A DNA stretch of 24,000 nt from Vibrionaceae bacterium (lineage in GTDB: Bacteria > Pseudomonadota > Gammaproteobacteria > Enterobacterales > Vibrionaceae): positions 346,887 through 370,886 of the forward strand of contig OZ245058.1 in NCBI GenBank assembly GCA_965224595.1, written 5' to 3'. Below, piece after piece: positions 15,619 to 24,000 of this stretch. Position 1 is the stretch's first letter. The number at the start of each line of letters is the position of its first letter. The notes under the pieces were generated by a model. It worked only from the letters and a program-made list of their open reading frames with translations. It was not told the origin of the DNA and did not search any database. Both the position numbers and the translations under genes were made by a program.

Positions 15619-16791
15619 ATGACAGATTCAGTTGCGCTGATTAAACAAGTTAGCCAATGTTTTCAACAGAGCTTTGGTTATTCGGCACATGCCTTTGTTC
15701 AAGCGCCGGGCCGAGTCAATTTGATTGGTGAACACACCGATTATAACGACGGTTTTGTTCTACCTTGTGCCATTAACTATCAAACTGTGGTGGCTGCCAG
15801 CAAAAGAGACGATAACATTGTACGGATCGTATCGGTCGATTATGGCAATGAAATCAATCAATTTGACCTTAACCAAACCATCACTTTTGATGCTGATTGT
15901 ATGTGGGCAAATTACATACGAGGGGTCGTAAGCTGTTTATTAAATCGTGGTTATTCATTTAACGGTGCCGATATTGCGGTCAGTGGTAATGTACCGCAAG
16001 GCGCCGGATTGAGTTCATCAGCGGCTTTAGAGGTGGTGATTGGACAGACGTTTAAAGCCCTCTATAACTTAGACATTAGCCAGCAAGAGATTGCGCTCAA
16101 TGGCCAGCAAGCTGAGAATGAATTTGTTGGGTGTAACTGTGGCATTATGGATCAACTTATCTCAGCGGAAGGTGAAGAGAATCATGCACTACTTATTGAT
16201 TGTCGCTCATTAGAGACAACGGCGGTGCCACTGCCTGCAGATATGGTGGTGATGATCATTAACTCCAATAAAAAGAGAGAGCTGGTGGGCAGTGAATACA
16301 ATACTCGCCGTCAGCAGTGTGAAGAGGCTGCTGAAATCTTTGGGGTTAAAGCGCTACGAGATGTCACTCTAAAGCAGTTTGAACAACGAAAGGGCGAACT
16401 CAGTGATGTCGTTGCCAGACGGGCAAAGCATGTGATTACCGAAAACGACCGCACTGAACTTGCTGCTGTTGCGTTGAAAAATGGTGATCTGCCTCTAATG
16501 GCGAAGCTGATGGAGCAGTCTCATCTCTCTATGAAAAACGATTTTGAGATCACGGTGACAGAAGTTGATACGTTAGTTGAGATTGTAAAACAACAATTGG
16601 GTGAAGAGGGGGGAGTTCGGATGACTGGTGGTGGTTTCGGCGGTTGTATCGTTGCGATGATGTATCCAGATAAAGTGAATCAAGTACGTCAAGCTGTTGC
16701 AGAGAATTATGAAGCGGCGACCGGATTAAAAGCGTCGATTTATGTCTGTCAGGCCAAATCGGGTGCGTCTCAGCTTGAGATAATATCGTAA
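15619..16791 (+). CDS. galK: Galactokinase; start ATG 15619
   Basis: [62 protein letters not shown]. Confidence 0.97.
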   Translation: MTDSVALIKQVSQCFQQSFGYSAHAFVQAPGRVNLIGEHTDYNDGFVLPCAINYQTVVAASKRDDNIVRIVSVDYGNEINQFDLNQTITFDADCMWANYIRGVVSCLLNRGYSFNGADIAVSGNVPQGAGLSSSAALEVVIGQTFKALYNLDISQQEIALNGQQAENEFVGCNCGIMDQLISAEGEENHALLIDCRSLETTAVPLPADMVVMIINSNKKRELVGSEYNTRRQQCEEAAEIFGVKALRDVTLKQFEQRKGELSDVVARRAKHVITENDRTELAAVALKNGDLPLMAKLMEQSHLSMKNDFEITVTEVDTLVEIVKQQLGEEGGVRMTGGGFGGCIVAMMYPDKVNQVRQAVAENYEAATGLKASIYVCQAKSGASQLEIIS

Positions 16792-17828
16792 TGGATACAG
16801 AGCCTTTTACGGACGGTAAACCTGCCAATGTCTACACTCTGCATAATCAGCTTGGCAGCAAAATTGCGGTGATGGATATTGGTGCGACATGGCTTAGTTG
16901 TCAGCTTCAAGTTGATCAACAGATAAGAGAAGTCTTGCTTGGCGTCGACACTATGGCTAAACATCAGCAGCAAGAGGCGTATTTAGGTGCAACGGTTGGC
17001 CGTTACGCCAATCGTATTGCTGGTGGCAAATTTGTCATTGGTGATAAGAACTACCAAGTGGCTGTTAATCAAGGTGGAAACTGCCTGCATGGCGGTGTTG
17101 AAGGCTTTGATAAACGTCGTTGGGCACTGCAAGAGTTACGCAGCGACTGCGTGGTTCTCTCTTTGCACTCAGCCGATGGCGAACAAGGTTTTCCTGGTAA
17201 TTTGGAGGTAACAGTCAGTTATCAGTTAACGGATCAAAACGAGGTTGTCATCGCTTATTCCGGCATGGTTGATAAAGCGTGTCCGGTTAATTTAACCAAT
17301 CATGCCTACTTTAACTTGATGGGTGATGAGTCAAGTGTTGATGGCTTAGAGCATCAGTTGCAGATATTTTCCGCTCATTATGCCGCGACGAATGAGGTGG
17401 CAATACCAATCGGAAAGTTGAAATCTGTGGTTGATAGTGGTTTTGATTTTAACCAGTTGAAACCGATCAAGCAGGACTTTTTACGCGACTCTGATCAGCA
17501 GATATTGAGTGGTTATGACCACTCTCTGCTGCTTGATAGTGATAAAACCGATGGTCAACAGGTTGCCGCGCGTTTGGTGTCGGCGGATAAACAGCTTACG
17601 ATGGAGGTGAGAACCAGCAAGCCTGCTATTCAGCTTTACAGTGGTAACTTTCTGCAAGGCACTGCAGGTCGACAGTTGCATCAATACCGCAATCATCAGG
17701 GCATCGCGTTAGAGACGCAGCTTTTACCGGATTCGCCTAATCATCCTGAGTGGCCGCACGTTTCCTCAATACTGCAACCAGAACAAACGTATCAAGCGGT
17801 TACTAAATATAAGTTTATTGTCAGTTAG
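16791..17828 (+). CDS. galM: Aldose 1-epimerase (galactose mutarotase); start overlaps galK stop (TAATG)
   Basis: YLGATVGRYANRIAGGKF, NLTNHAYFNLMG, GIALETQLLPDSPNHPEWP. Confidence 0.95.
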   Translation: MDTEPFTDGKPANVYTLHNQLGSKIAVMDIGATWLSCQLQVDQQIREVLLGVDTMAKHQQQEAYLGATVGRYANRIAGGKFVIGDKNYQVAVNQGGNCLHGGVEGFDKRRWALQELRSDCVVLSLHSADGEQGFPGNLEVTVSYQLTDQNEVVIAYSGMVDKACPVNLTNHAYFNLMGDESSVDGLEHQLQIFSAHYAATNEVAIPIGKLKSVVDSGFDFNQLKPIKQDFLRDSDQQILSGYDHSLLLDSDKTDGQQVAARLVSADKQLTMEVRTSKPAIQLYSGNFLQGTAGRQLHQYRNHQGIALETQLLPDSPNHPEWPHVSSILQPEQTYQAVTKYKFIVS

Positions 17829-17846
17829 AGCTGTTGTGCGTGAGAT

Positions 17847-18845
17847 CTATATTTTACTGACGGACATTCTTTTAATCAGTGTTGGATTGAACAGACTGAC
17901 GCTGCTGCTTTTGTGTTCACCCTTAGCCAGCATAATGGCCAGAGACGCCGCTTTTTCTGCCATGATATGAATGGGATAACGAATTGTGGTCAACTTTGGA
18001 TGCACAAATTTAGCAATTAAACCATCATCGAACCCAACCAGAGACATCTGTTCTGGAACCTTGATGCTGTTATCTTCAAGTGCAGATAGTGCCCCTGCAG
18101 CCATAAAGTCGTTGTAAGCGAAAGTTGCGGTGACGGGTAAGTTTTTAGCCAGCAGATTCATCATTGCTTTCTCACCCCCGATATCTGTTGGTTCGGAGAA
18201 TTCTATATAGTTGTCAGATGTGGTGAGGCCATTATCTTTAAGCGCTTGTAAATAACCATCTTTACGCTGAACACTGTCTTCGATCTCTTGATTTGAACCG
18301 ATGCAAGCTATCTGCTTATGGCCATTTTTGATAAGAAATTCAGTGGCGAGGTAGGCACCTTTGAAATTATCGAGTGCAATACAGCGCTCTGCAATTTCAG
18401 GCACCAATCGGTTGATCAAAATAAATCCGGGTACTTCGTTGGCGTAGTCAATCAGTTCTTGGTTACTTAGCCCCTTCGAGTGCACAACCAATGAATCACA
18501 CCGGCTGTTGATCAGTAGCTCAATCGCATTTCGCTCGTCAGTGGCATTGTGATAACCATTTCCGATTAAAACCTGCTTGCCATTTTTACGAGCAACATCA
18601 TCCACCGCTTTTATCATCAAACCAAAAAATGGATCCGAAACATCACTGACCAATACGCCAATGGTATTGGTACTTTTACTGACTAATGCGCGGGCATTAG
18701 CGTTGGGTCTATAACCGAGCGCTTTCATCGATTTTTCAACCACGGCGATCGACTTTGCACTCGCTTTTGGTGACTTGTTGATGACACGAGATACGGTTGC
18801 GATAGAGACACCCGAATCTTTTGCAACATCTTTAATGGTAGCCAT
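17847..18845 (-). CDS. galR: LacI/GalR family repressor GalR; start ATG 18845
   Basis: MATIKDVAKDSGVSIATVSRVINKSPKASAKS.. GNGYHNATDERNAIELLINSRCDSLVVHSK .. LINRLVPE..RCIALDN; close match to remembered E. coli GalR, adjacent to galTKM. Confidence 0.93.
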   Translation of the reverse strand: MATIKDVAKDSGVSIATVSRVINKSPKASAKSIAVVEKSMKALGYRPNANARALVSKSTNTIGVLVSDVSDPFFGLMIKAVDDVARKNGKQVLIGNGYHNATDERNAIELLINSRCDSLVVHSKGLSNQELIDYANEVPGFILINRLVPEIAERCIALDNFKGAYLATEFLIKNGHKQIACIGSNQEIEDSVQRKDGYLQALKDNGLTTSDNYIEFSEPTDIGGEKAMMNLLAKNLPVTATFAYNDFMAAGALSALEDNSIKVPEQMSLVGFDDGLIAKFVHPKLTTIRYPIHIMAEKAASLAIMLAKGEHKSSSVSLFNPTLIKRMSVSKI

Positions 18846-18965
18846 GAATAACCTCACACTGTAATTGCACCCATTTAACCCTTGTAGTGAAAATATGGCA
18901 ATGGCTGATTGATATTTTGTGGAGTTATAAGATATAGATCGCTGTAATTCCTTATTTTATTGTTA

Positions 18966-19337
<372 letters not shown>

Positions 19338-19340
19338 TCG

Positions 19341-20084
19341 TTATTTGATCAGGTCATATAGGGTCGGTTTTCTGGCCTTTACGGTCTGTTGTAAAAAATT
19401 GACGATCCAGAGGGCGATCGATTGTGAATCTGCGACTTTATCGAGTGTTCTCTTTCCTTGTTCTAGCCGACTGGGATCAATAATGTCTTGTCGGTAATCC
19501 ATTAATGCCGAGGAAAACTCGACCGTAAATTCAGGATGACCTTGAAAGCCTAAAAAGTGGTTGCCGACCTGTATAGCGCTGTATGGGCAGAAATCATTGG
19601 CAAGAATTACCTGACTATTGGCTGGCAGCGCTACCACCTGATCTTGATGGCTAACGATGAGCCCAACCAGAGGCAGATCAGGGCTCATCCACGGTTTTCT
19701 ATTGATGATCTGGGCCGTTGATATACCAAGACCCCACCCATTGTATGAGAGAGAGACCTTCCCTCCTAATGCGTGAGCAATAAGTTGATGGCCAAAACAG
19801 ATGCCCACTAATCCAATTTGTGCATCGTATAAACGACGAACAAAATTCACCAGTTCATCAATCCAAGGAAGATCATCATAAACACTGCAACGACTCCCGG
19901 TTGATAGGTAGGCGTCACACTCATCAAGATCTTTCGGATATACTCCTTTATGTACTTCGTAAAATACCAATTTCAGAGGTACATTAGTCTGTTGTAGTAG
20001 TGTGGCAAACATTGTTGAATAGTCGCCATACTGAGTGCGTAGTGTTTGATTTACATTGTCGCAAAGTAAAATTCCTAGCTTCAT
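19341..20084 (-). CDS. Class I glutamine amidotransferase domain protein (GMP synthase-like family)
   Basis: Nucleophile motif GICFGHQLIAHALGG, GHPEF His-x-Glu; SD AAGGAG before ATG 20084. Confidence 0.85.
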   Translation of the reverse strand: MKLGILLCDNVNQTLRTQYGDYSTMFATLLQQTNVPLKLVFYEVHKGVYPKDLDECDAYLSTGSRCSVYDDLPWIDELVNFVRRLYDAQIGLVGICFGHQLIAHALGGKVSLSYNGWGLGISTAQIINRKPWMSPDLPLVGLIVSHQDQVVALPANSQVILANDFCPYSAIQVGNHFLGFQGHPEFTVEFSSALMDYRQDIIDPSRLEQGKRTLDKVADSQSIALWIVNFLQQTVKARKPTLYDLIK

Positions 20085-20138
20085 TGAACGATCTCCTTAT
20101 CGAGTATTGATGACTCCTACCTTACTTCAGTCAAATGG

Positions 20139-21530
20139 TTAAAGGTGTGTTTTAAGGTTAAATGATTTAGTTTGAGTGACGTTGTGGTAACCAAAGGTAG
20201 ATAAACTGCTGCCGCTACCTGAGTCTTTTGTACCTGACCACGCTAAGGCTGGGTCTTGGTAATCACAGCGATTAATAAAAAAGGTCCCTACGTGAAGCTC
20301 TTCACCAATCGCAATGGCTGCATTGATGTCCGTTGCGAAAACGGATGCGGTGAGACCATATTGTGAGTCATTCATAAGATCAATCGCTTCTTGATCAGTT
20401 TTGACTCTCATGACCCCTACCACTGGGCCAAATGTTTCATCGCGCATGATTTTCATTTTATGATTTACGTTGGTGAGCAGCTGGGGAACTAAGTAACAGG
20501 ATTTTTTATCATAATTTGGGAAATCATCAGTTGAGATATGAGCGACAGCGCCCATCTTTATGGCCTCACTAATTTGAGAACGGATGCATTTTGCTGCAGC
20601 GAAGCTGACAACGGGTCCTAAGGTCACTTGAGGATCAAAGGGAGGACCAAGTTTAAACTGTTTGATCAATTTTTCTGCTTTATCAACAAATTCGGAATAG
20701 ATTGAATGATGCACATAGATGCGTTCAATTGCGCTGCAAGACTGGCCTGAATTAAAATAGGCACCATCAATACAACTTTCAACGGCATGTTCAAGATTAG
20801 CATCGTGTCGAATGTAAGCCGAATCTTTACCGCCGAGATCCAAACCAACCGTTACTATTCTGTTTGATGTTGCGGCTTTTATCGCTTTGCCCCCCTCAAC
20901 AGACCCGGTGAAAGATACGTAACTAATACCAGGATGCTGCGCCAATTTCTGAGTCGCAGTCCGGCTTAAATGAAGGTACTGGAATACACCGAGTGGAAGT
21001 TGAGTTTGCTGAAACGCTTTGGCAAACTGCTCTGCACACAGAAGAGTCTGAGATGAATGCTTTAAGATGACACAGTTTCCAGCCATGATAGCGGGAATAA
21101 GGATATTTATTGCACTTAGATAGGGATAATTCCAAGGAGAAATGACAACAACGGTACCTAACGGCTCTTTTTTTATGTATCGGGTATAACCAGGTAGGTG
21201 ATTCAATACGATCGGCTCTAAGGCTTCTTCTGCTGCATCTATCAAATATCTGGCACGCTCTTCCGTTGCCATTATTTCAGCTCTTGCGAAACGAATGGGT
21301 CGTCCCATCATCCAACATAACTGCCGAGCAATTTCATCTTGGTTACGGATGATCGCATCAATCATTTGGTGGCAAATGGTGGCTCTGTCTTTGATTAGGA
21401 TCGATTTCCATTGCAGGTGCGCTGACTGGGCTTCTTGCACCGCAGTTTCAACCTCAAGTGGGCTGGCAAGTTTTCTGGTGGCATAAATCGAACCATCAAT
21501 GGGGCTACGGCTGGTCAGAACATCACTCAT
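20139..21530 (-). CDS. NAD(P)-dependent aldehyde dehydrogenase family protein
   Basis: PLGTVVVISPWNYP, SFTGSVEGGKAI, catalytic Cys in NSGQSCSAIERIYVH, DETFGPVVGVM, NDSQYGLTASVF. Confidence 0.92.
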   Translation of the reverse strand: MSDVLTSRSPIDGSIYATRKLASPLEVETAVQEAQSAHLQWKSILIKDRATICHQMIDAIIRNQDEIARQLCWMMGRPIRFARAEIMATEERARYLIDAAEEALEPIVLNHLPGYTRYIKKEPLGTVVVISPWNYPYLSAINILIPAIMAGNCVILKHSSQTLLCAEQFAKAFQQTQLPLGVFQYLHLSRTATQKLAQHPGISYVSFTGSVEGGKAIKAATSNRIVTVGLDLGGKDSAYIRHDANLEHAVESCIDGAYFNSGQSCSAIERIYVHHSIYSEFVDKAEKLIKQFKLGPPFDPQVTLGPVVSFAAAKCIRSQISEAIKMGAVAHISTDDFPNYDKKSCYLVPQLLTNVNHKMKIMRDETFGPVVGVMRVKTDQEAIDLMNDSQYGLTASVFATDINAAIAIGEELHVGTFFINRCDYQDPALAWSGTKDSGSGSSLSTFGYHNVTQTKSFNLKTHL

Positions 21531-21682
21531 ATTTAATGCCTTTTACTACTTGCGTAATGATTACTCTCCGTACAGATTAAAATGCAATAGATTGAATAAT
21601 TTAATAAATAATTGTTAGTAATATAAATATAGACGCAAGTGGGCGAGTTGCAATGTTAAAAGAGAGGGTGATAGAAAAGGAA

Positions 21683-21715
21683 AAAGAGCTTAAATAAACG
21701 TAATTTAAGCTCTTT
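21683..21715 (-). terminator. Intrinsic terminator after dapD (minus-strand reading)
   Basis: AAAGAGCTTAAAT - AAACGTA - ATTTAAGCTCTTT perfect 13-bp stem; minus strand continues TTTCCTTTTC. Confidence 0.8.
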
Positions 21716-21762
21716 ATATTTGAAATGTAATGATAAGTTTTTTTTAACTTAACAGTAGTGAT

Positions 21763-22794
21763 TTAGTTATTGTGGTGTAACTCGTTGTTTAGCTCAACCG
21801 CGGTTTTATTGGTTAAGCACTCAATTTGTCCAGTCACTGAATGACGGCGGAACAGCAGATCAGTTTGACCGGCAAGATCGCGTGCTTTTGCTATTTCGAT
21901 CTCTTTGCCACTTAAGTCAAGCATACGAACTTTGGTTCCGGCAGTGACATATAATCCAGACTCAATCGTACAGCGATCACCCAATGGGAAACCAAGACCT
22001 GAGTTGGCGCCTAATAAGCAGTTTTCGCCAATTGAGATAACCATTTTACCCCCACCAGACAGCGTTCCCATGATAGAAGCACCACCGCCTACATCTGAGC
22101 CTTCACCGACCATGACGCCAGCAGATATGCGGCCTTCAACCATGCTTACACCGGTTGTTCCTGCATTGAAGTTGATAAAACCTTCATGCATAACGGTAGT
22201 GCCTTGGCCAACGTGAGCACCAAGACGGACACGAGAGGTATCCGCAATACGGATGCCAGCAGGGACCACGTAATCCACCATTTTGGGGAATTTATCAACA
22301 CAGTCAACCGTAATAACGTCGCCATTCAGACGGGCGTCAATTTGGCGTTCAGCAAGTTCTGGTAGATCAATGGGTCCAACATTGGTCCATGCGATGTTAT
22401 GCAATAGTCCAAAAATGCCATCCAATACAGTACCGTGAGGCTGAACTAAGCGGTGTGAAATGAGCTGCAGTTTCAAAAATCCTTCAGCCACAGATGTTGG
22501 CTGCTCATCTGTTGCTAAGATAACAAGAACCAGTGGTTGAGAAGAGCTGGCAGCTTTAGTAGCAAAACTTGAGTTGGTGCTATCGCCATTTGCGTTAAAA
22601 GCGGTAGCAAGTTGTGCCGCTTGGCTTGACGTTACTTCAACTGCTTGATTGCCTTCCTGGAAATCAACAACTTTTGCGATTGCACTAACCAGTGCATCAC
22701 TTGGGTTTAAAAGTGGGTTTGGGAAAAATGCTTCAATGATTTTCCCATCACGATTTTTTGTAGCAGTACCTAAGGCAAGCGAGAATATGGCCAT
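21763..22794 (-). CDS. dapD: 2,3,4,5-tetrahydropyridine-2,6-dicarboxylate N-succinyltransferase; start ATG 22794
   Basis: Left-handed beta-helix hexapeptides: GAHVGQGTTVMHEGFINFNAGTTGVSMVEGRISAGVMVGEGSDVGGGASIMGTLSGGG; NCLLGANSGLGFPLGDRC. Confidence 0.93.
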   Translation of the reverse strand: MAIFSLALGTATKNRDGKIIEAFFPNPLLNPSDALVSAIAKVVDFQEGNQAVEVTSSQAAQLATAFNANGDSTNSSFATKAASSSQPLVLVILATDEQPTSVAEGFLKLQLISHRLVQPHGTVLDGIFGLLHNIAWTNVGPIDLPELAERQIDARLNGDVITVDCVDKFPKMVDYVVPAGIRIADTSRVRLGAHVGQGTTVMHEGFINFNAGTTGVSMVEGRISAGVMVGEGSDVGGGASIMGTLSGGGKMVISIGENCLLGANSGLGFPLGDRCTIESGLYVTAGTKVRMLDLSGKEIEIAKARDLAGQTDLLFRRHSVTGQIECLTNKTAVELNNELHHNN

Positions 22795-22905
22795 TATAGA
22801 GTAATCTCCGTTTCTATAATTTGATGAAATTGCATCAATAATCAAATTTACTTAATAAATTACATTCATCATAAAGAGAGAACTTTACTAAGTCTATAAA
22901 AACAG

Positions 22906-22958
22906 AAAGCAGCAAGCCAACAAATGACCGACTGCTTTTAATGGTTTAGCTTGTTGCT
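22906..22958 (-). terminator. Possible terminator/hairpin after yebG
   Basis: AGCAGCAAGC .. GCTTGTTGCT (9/10) with alternative AAAGCAG/CTGCTTT; minus strand continues CTGTTTTTATAG; long loop makes this weak. Confidence 0.35.
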
Positions 22959-22967
22959 TACTCGATG

Positions 22968-23267
22968 CTATGCAGCAGCTTCTGAGTCAGATGGTTCAGC
23001 AACCACTTTCACTTCTTTTGGTTTTTTTGGTGCAGGTTTACGTTTTGCACCTAAAGCAATAAGAACCTCTTCTTTATTTTTTGCTAAGTATAAAGAGAGC
23101 TCTTCTTGTTTTGCTTCATCCTCTAGCAATTTGCTTTCACCCAGTAATGTGAACAGCTCATCAGCCATATCCAGCATTTTGTCATAAGCGTCAGCTTCAG
23201 CTTTAGAGGTAAAAGTCATCTTTTCTTCTCCGTTGCGTTCCACTACGTACTTGACGATAACAGCCAT
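22968..23267 (-). CDS. yebG: YebG family DNA-damage-inducible protein; start ATG 23267
   Basis: MAVIVKYVVERNGEEKMTFTSKAEADAYDKMLDMADELF resembles remembered E. coli YebG; LexA box upstream. Confidence 0.92.
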   Translation of the reverse strand: MAVIVKYVVERNGEEKMTFTSKAEADAYDKMLDMADELFTLLGESKLLEDEAKQEELSLYLAKNKEEVLIALGAKRKPAPKKPKEVKVVAEPSDSEAAA

Positions 23268-23296
23268 GGTCATCCCCTAAATAATTAATCCAAATT

Positions 23297-23316
23297 TACT
23301 GGCTTTTTATACAGTA
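23297..23316. promoter_or_regulatory. LexA (SOS) box between divergent yebG and glycosylase gene
   Basis: TACTGGCTTTTTATACAGTA, exact CTG-N10-CAG core with flanking TA..TA as in consensus TACTGTATATATATACAGTA. Confidence 0.85.
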
Positions 23317-23354
23317 GGTTCTACACTATGTCCAGTTTAAAGAAGGTAGTTGTG

Positions 23355-24000
23355 ATGACAAGAGAAAAATTTGAGTTTGTTTATCAACGAGCAGCAGAGA
23401 GAAAAGGCGGCGTTGAAAGCTTAGAAAGTATCATTAATAAACCGCTAACAGCGGCAAAACTGGCCTCAGTTTCCGATGATCGTTGGTTAGCCTGTTTTAC
23501 AGAGAAAGTCTTTCAGTGCGGCATCTCGTGGAGTGTAGTGAGAAAAAAATGGCCTAATTTTGAACAGCTATTTTTTGGTTTTGATATCGAGAAAATGTTG
23601 TTGATGCCCGATGCTATGTGGGAGCAGAAAGCGCAAGATCCTCAAATTATTCGCCACCTGACTAAGGTGATGACCATTCCAGCGAATGCGCGCATGATTC
23701 AGCAGGAACAAAGAGCTCATGGTTCATTTGCAACCATGGTTGCTGATTGGCCGACGGAGGATATTACCGGTTTATGGAACTATCTAAAAAAACATGGCAA
23801 GCGATTAGGGGGTAATACTGGCGCTTATAGCTTGCGGGTAATGGGGAAAGACACCTTTATTCTCTCCTCAGATGTTGAGGCGTATTTACGACAAAGTGGC
23901 ATTGTAGACAGTGGAAGAACCACCAAAAGAGCTCAATTATCGGCTCAAACTGCGTTTAATGATTGGCAACAAGAGTCAGGAAGAAGCTTAAGCGAAATCA
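23355..24000 (+). CDS. DNA-3-methyladenine glycosylase I (Tag) family protein, 5' part; runs off the right edge and is absent from the supplied ORF track
   Basis: ATG 23355 opens an uninterrupted frame to base 24000; CFTEKVFQCGISWSVVRKKWPNFEQLFFGFDIEKM .. DPQIIRHLTKVMTIPANARMI resembles Tag family (e.g. Tag GLSWITVLKKR..FHQFDPVKV..IIRHRGKI..IGNARAY). Confidence 0.75.
   Translation, partial: MTREKFEFVYQRAAERKGGVESLESIINKPLTAAKLASVSDDRWLACFTEKVFQCGISWSVVRKKWPNFEQLFFGFDIEKMLLMPDAMWEQKAQDPQIIRHLTKVMTIPANARMIQQEQRAHGSFATMVADWPTEDITGLWNYLKKHGKRLGGNTGAYSLRVMGKDTFILSSDVEAYLRQSGIVDSGRTTKRAQLSAQTAFNDWQQESGRSLSEI

Overview
The window looks like a conventional chromosomal segment from a Vibrionaceae-like gammaproteobacterium (taxonomy inferred from gene order and protein similarity). 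Left to right it holds: the 3' part of dnaK and dnaJ; a minor type IV pilin cluster (pilE-like, then fimT, pilW-, pilX- and pilV-like genes); a chrA-type transporter divergent from a LysR regulator; a galactoside/galactose catabolic block (ygjI-like permease, ebgC, ebgA, ebgR, galT, galK, galM, galR) flanked by ygjH; a class I glutamine amidotransferase and an aldehyde dehydrogenase; dapD; yebG with a clear LexA box; and the start of a DNA-3-methyladenine glycosylase I family gene missing from the ORF track. I see no mobile element, CRISPR array, rRNA or tRNA, and no convincing new defence or novel system. The items most worth a second look are: the fused ebg + gal(TKM,R) locus lacking galE, placed between homologues of E. 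coli neighbours ygjI and ygjH; a perfect 18-bp-arm palindrome and GalR-type operators in its promoters; a LexA box centred between yebG and the glycosylase gene; a GRxR motif in the FimT-like pilin; and an aldehyde dehydrogenase with Asp in place of the usual motif Glu.
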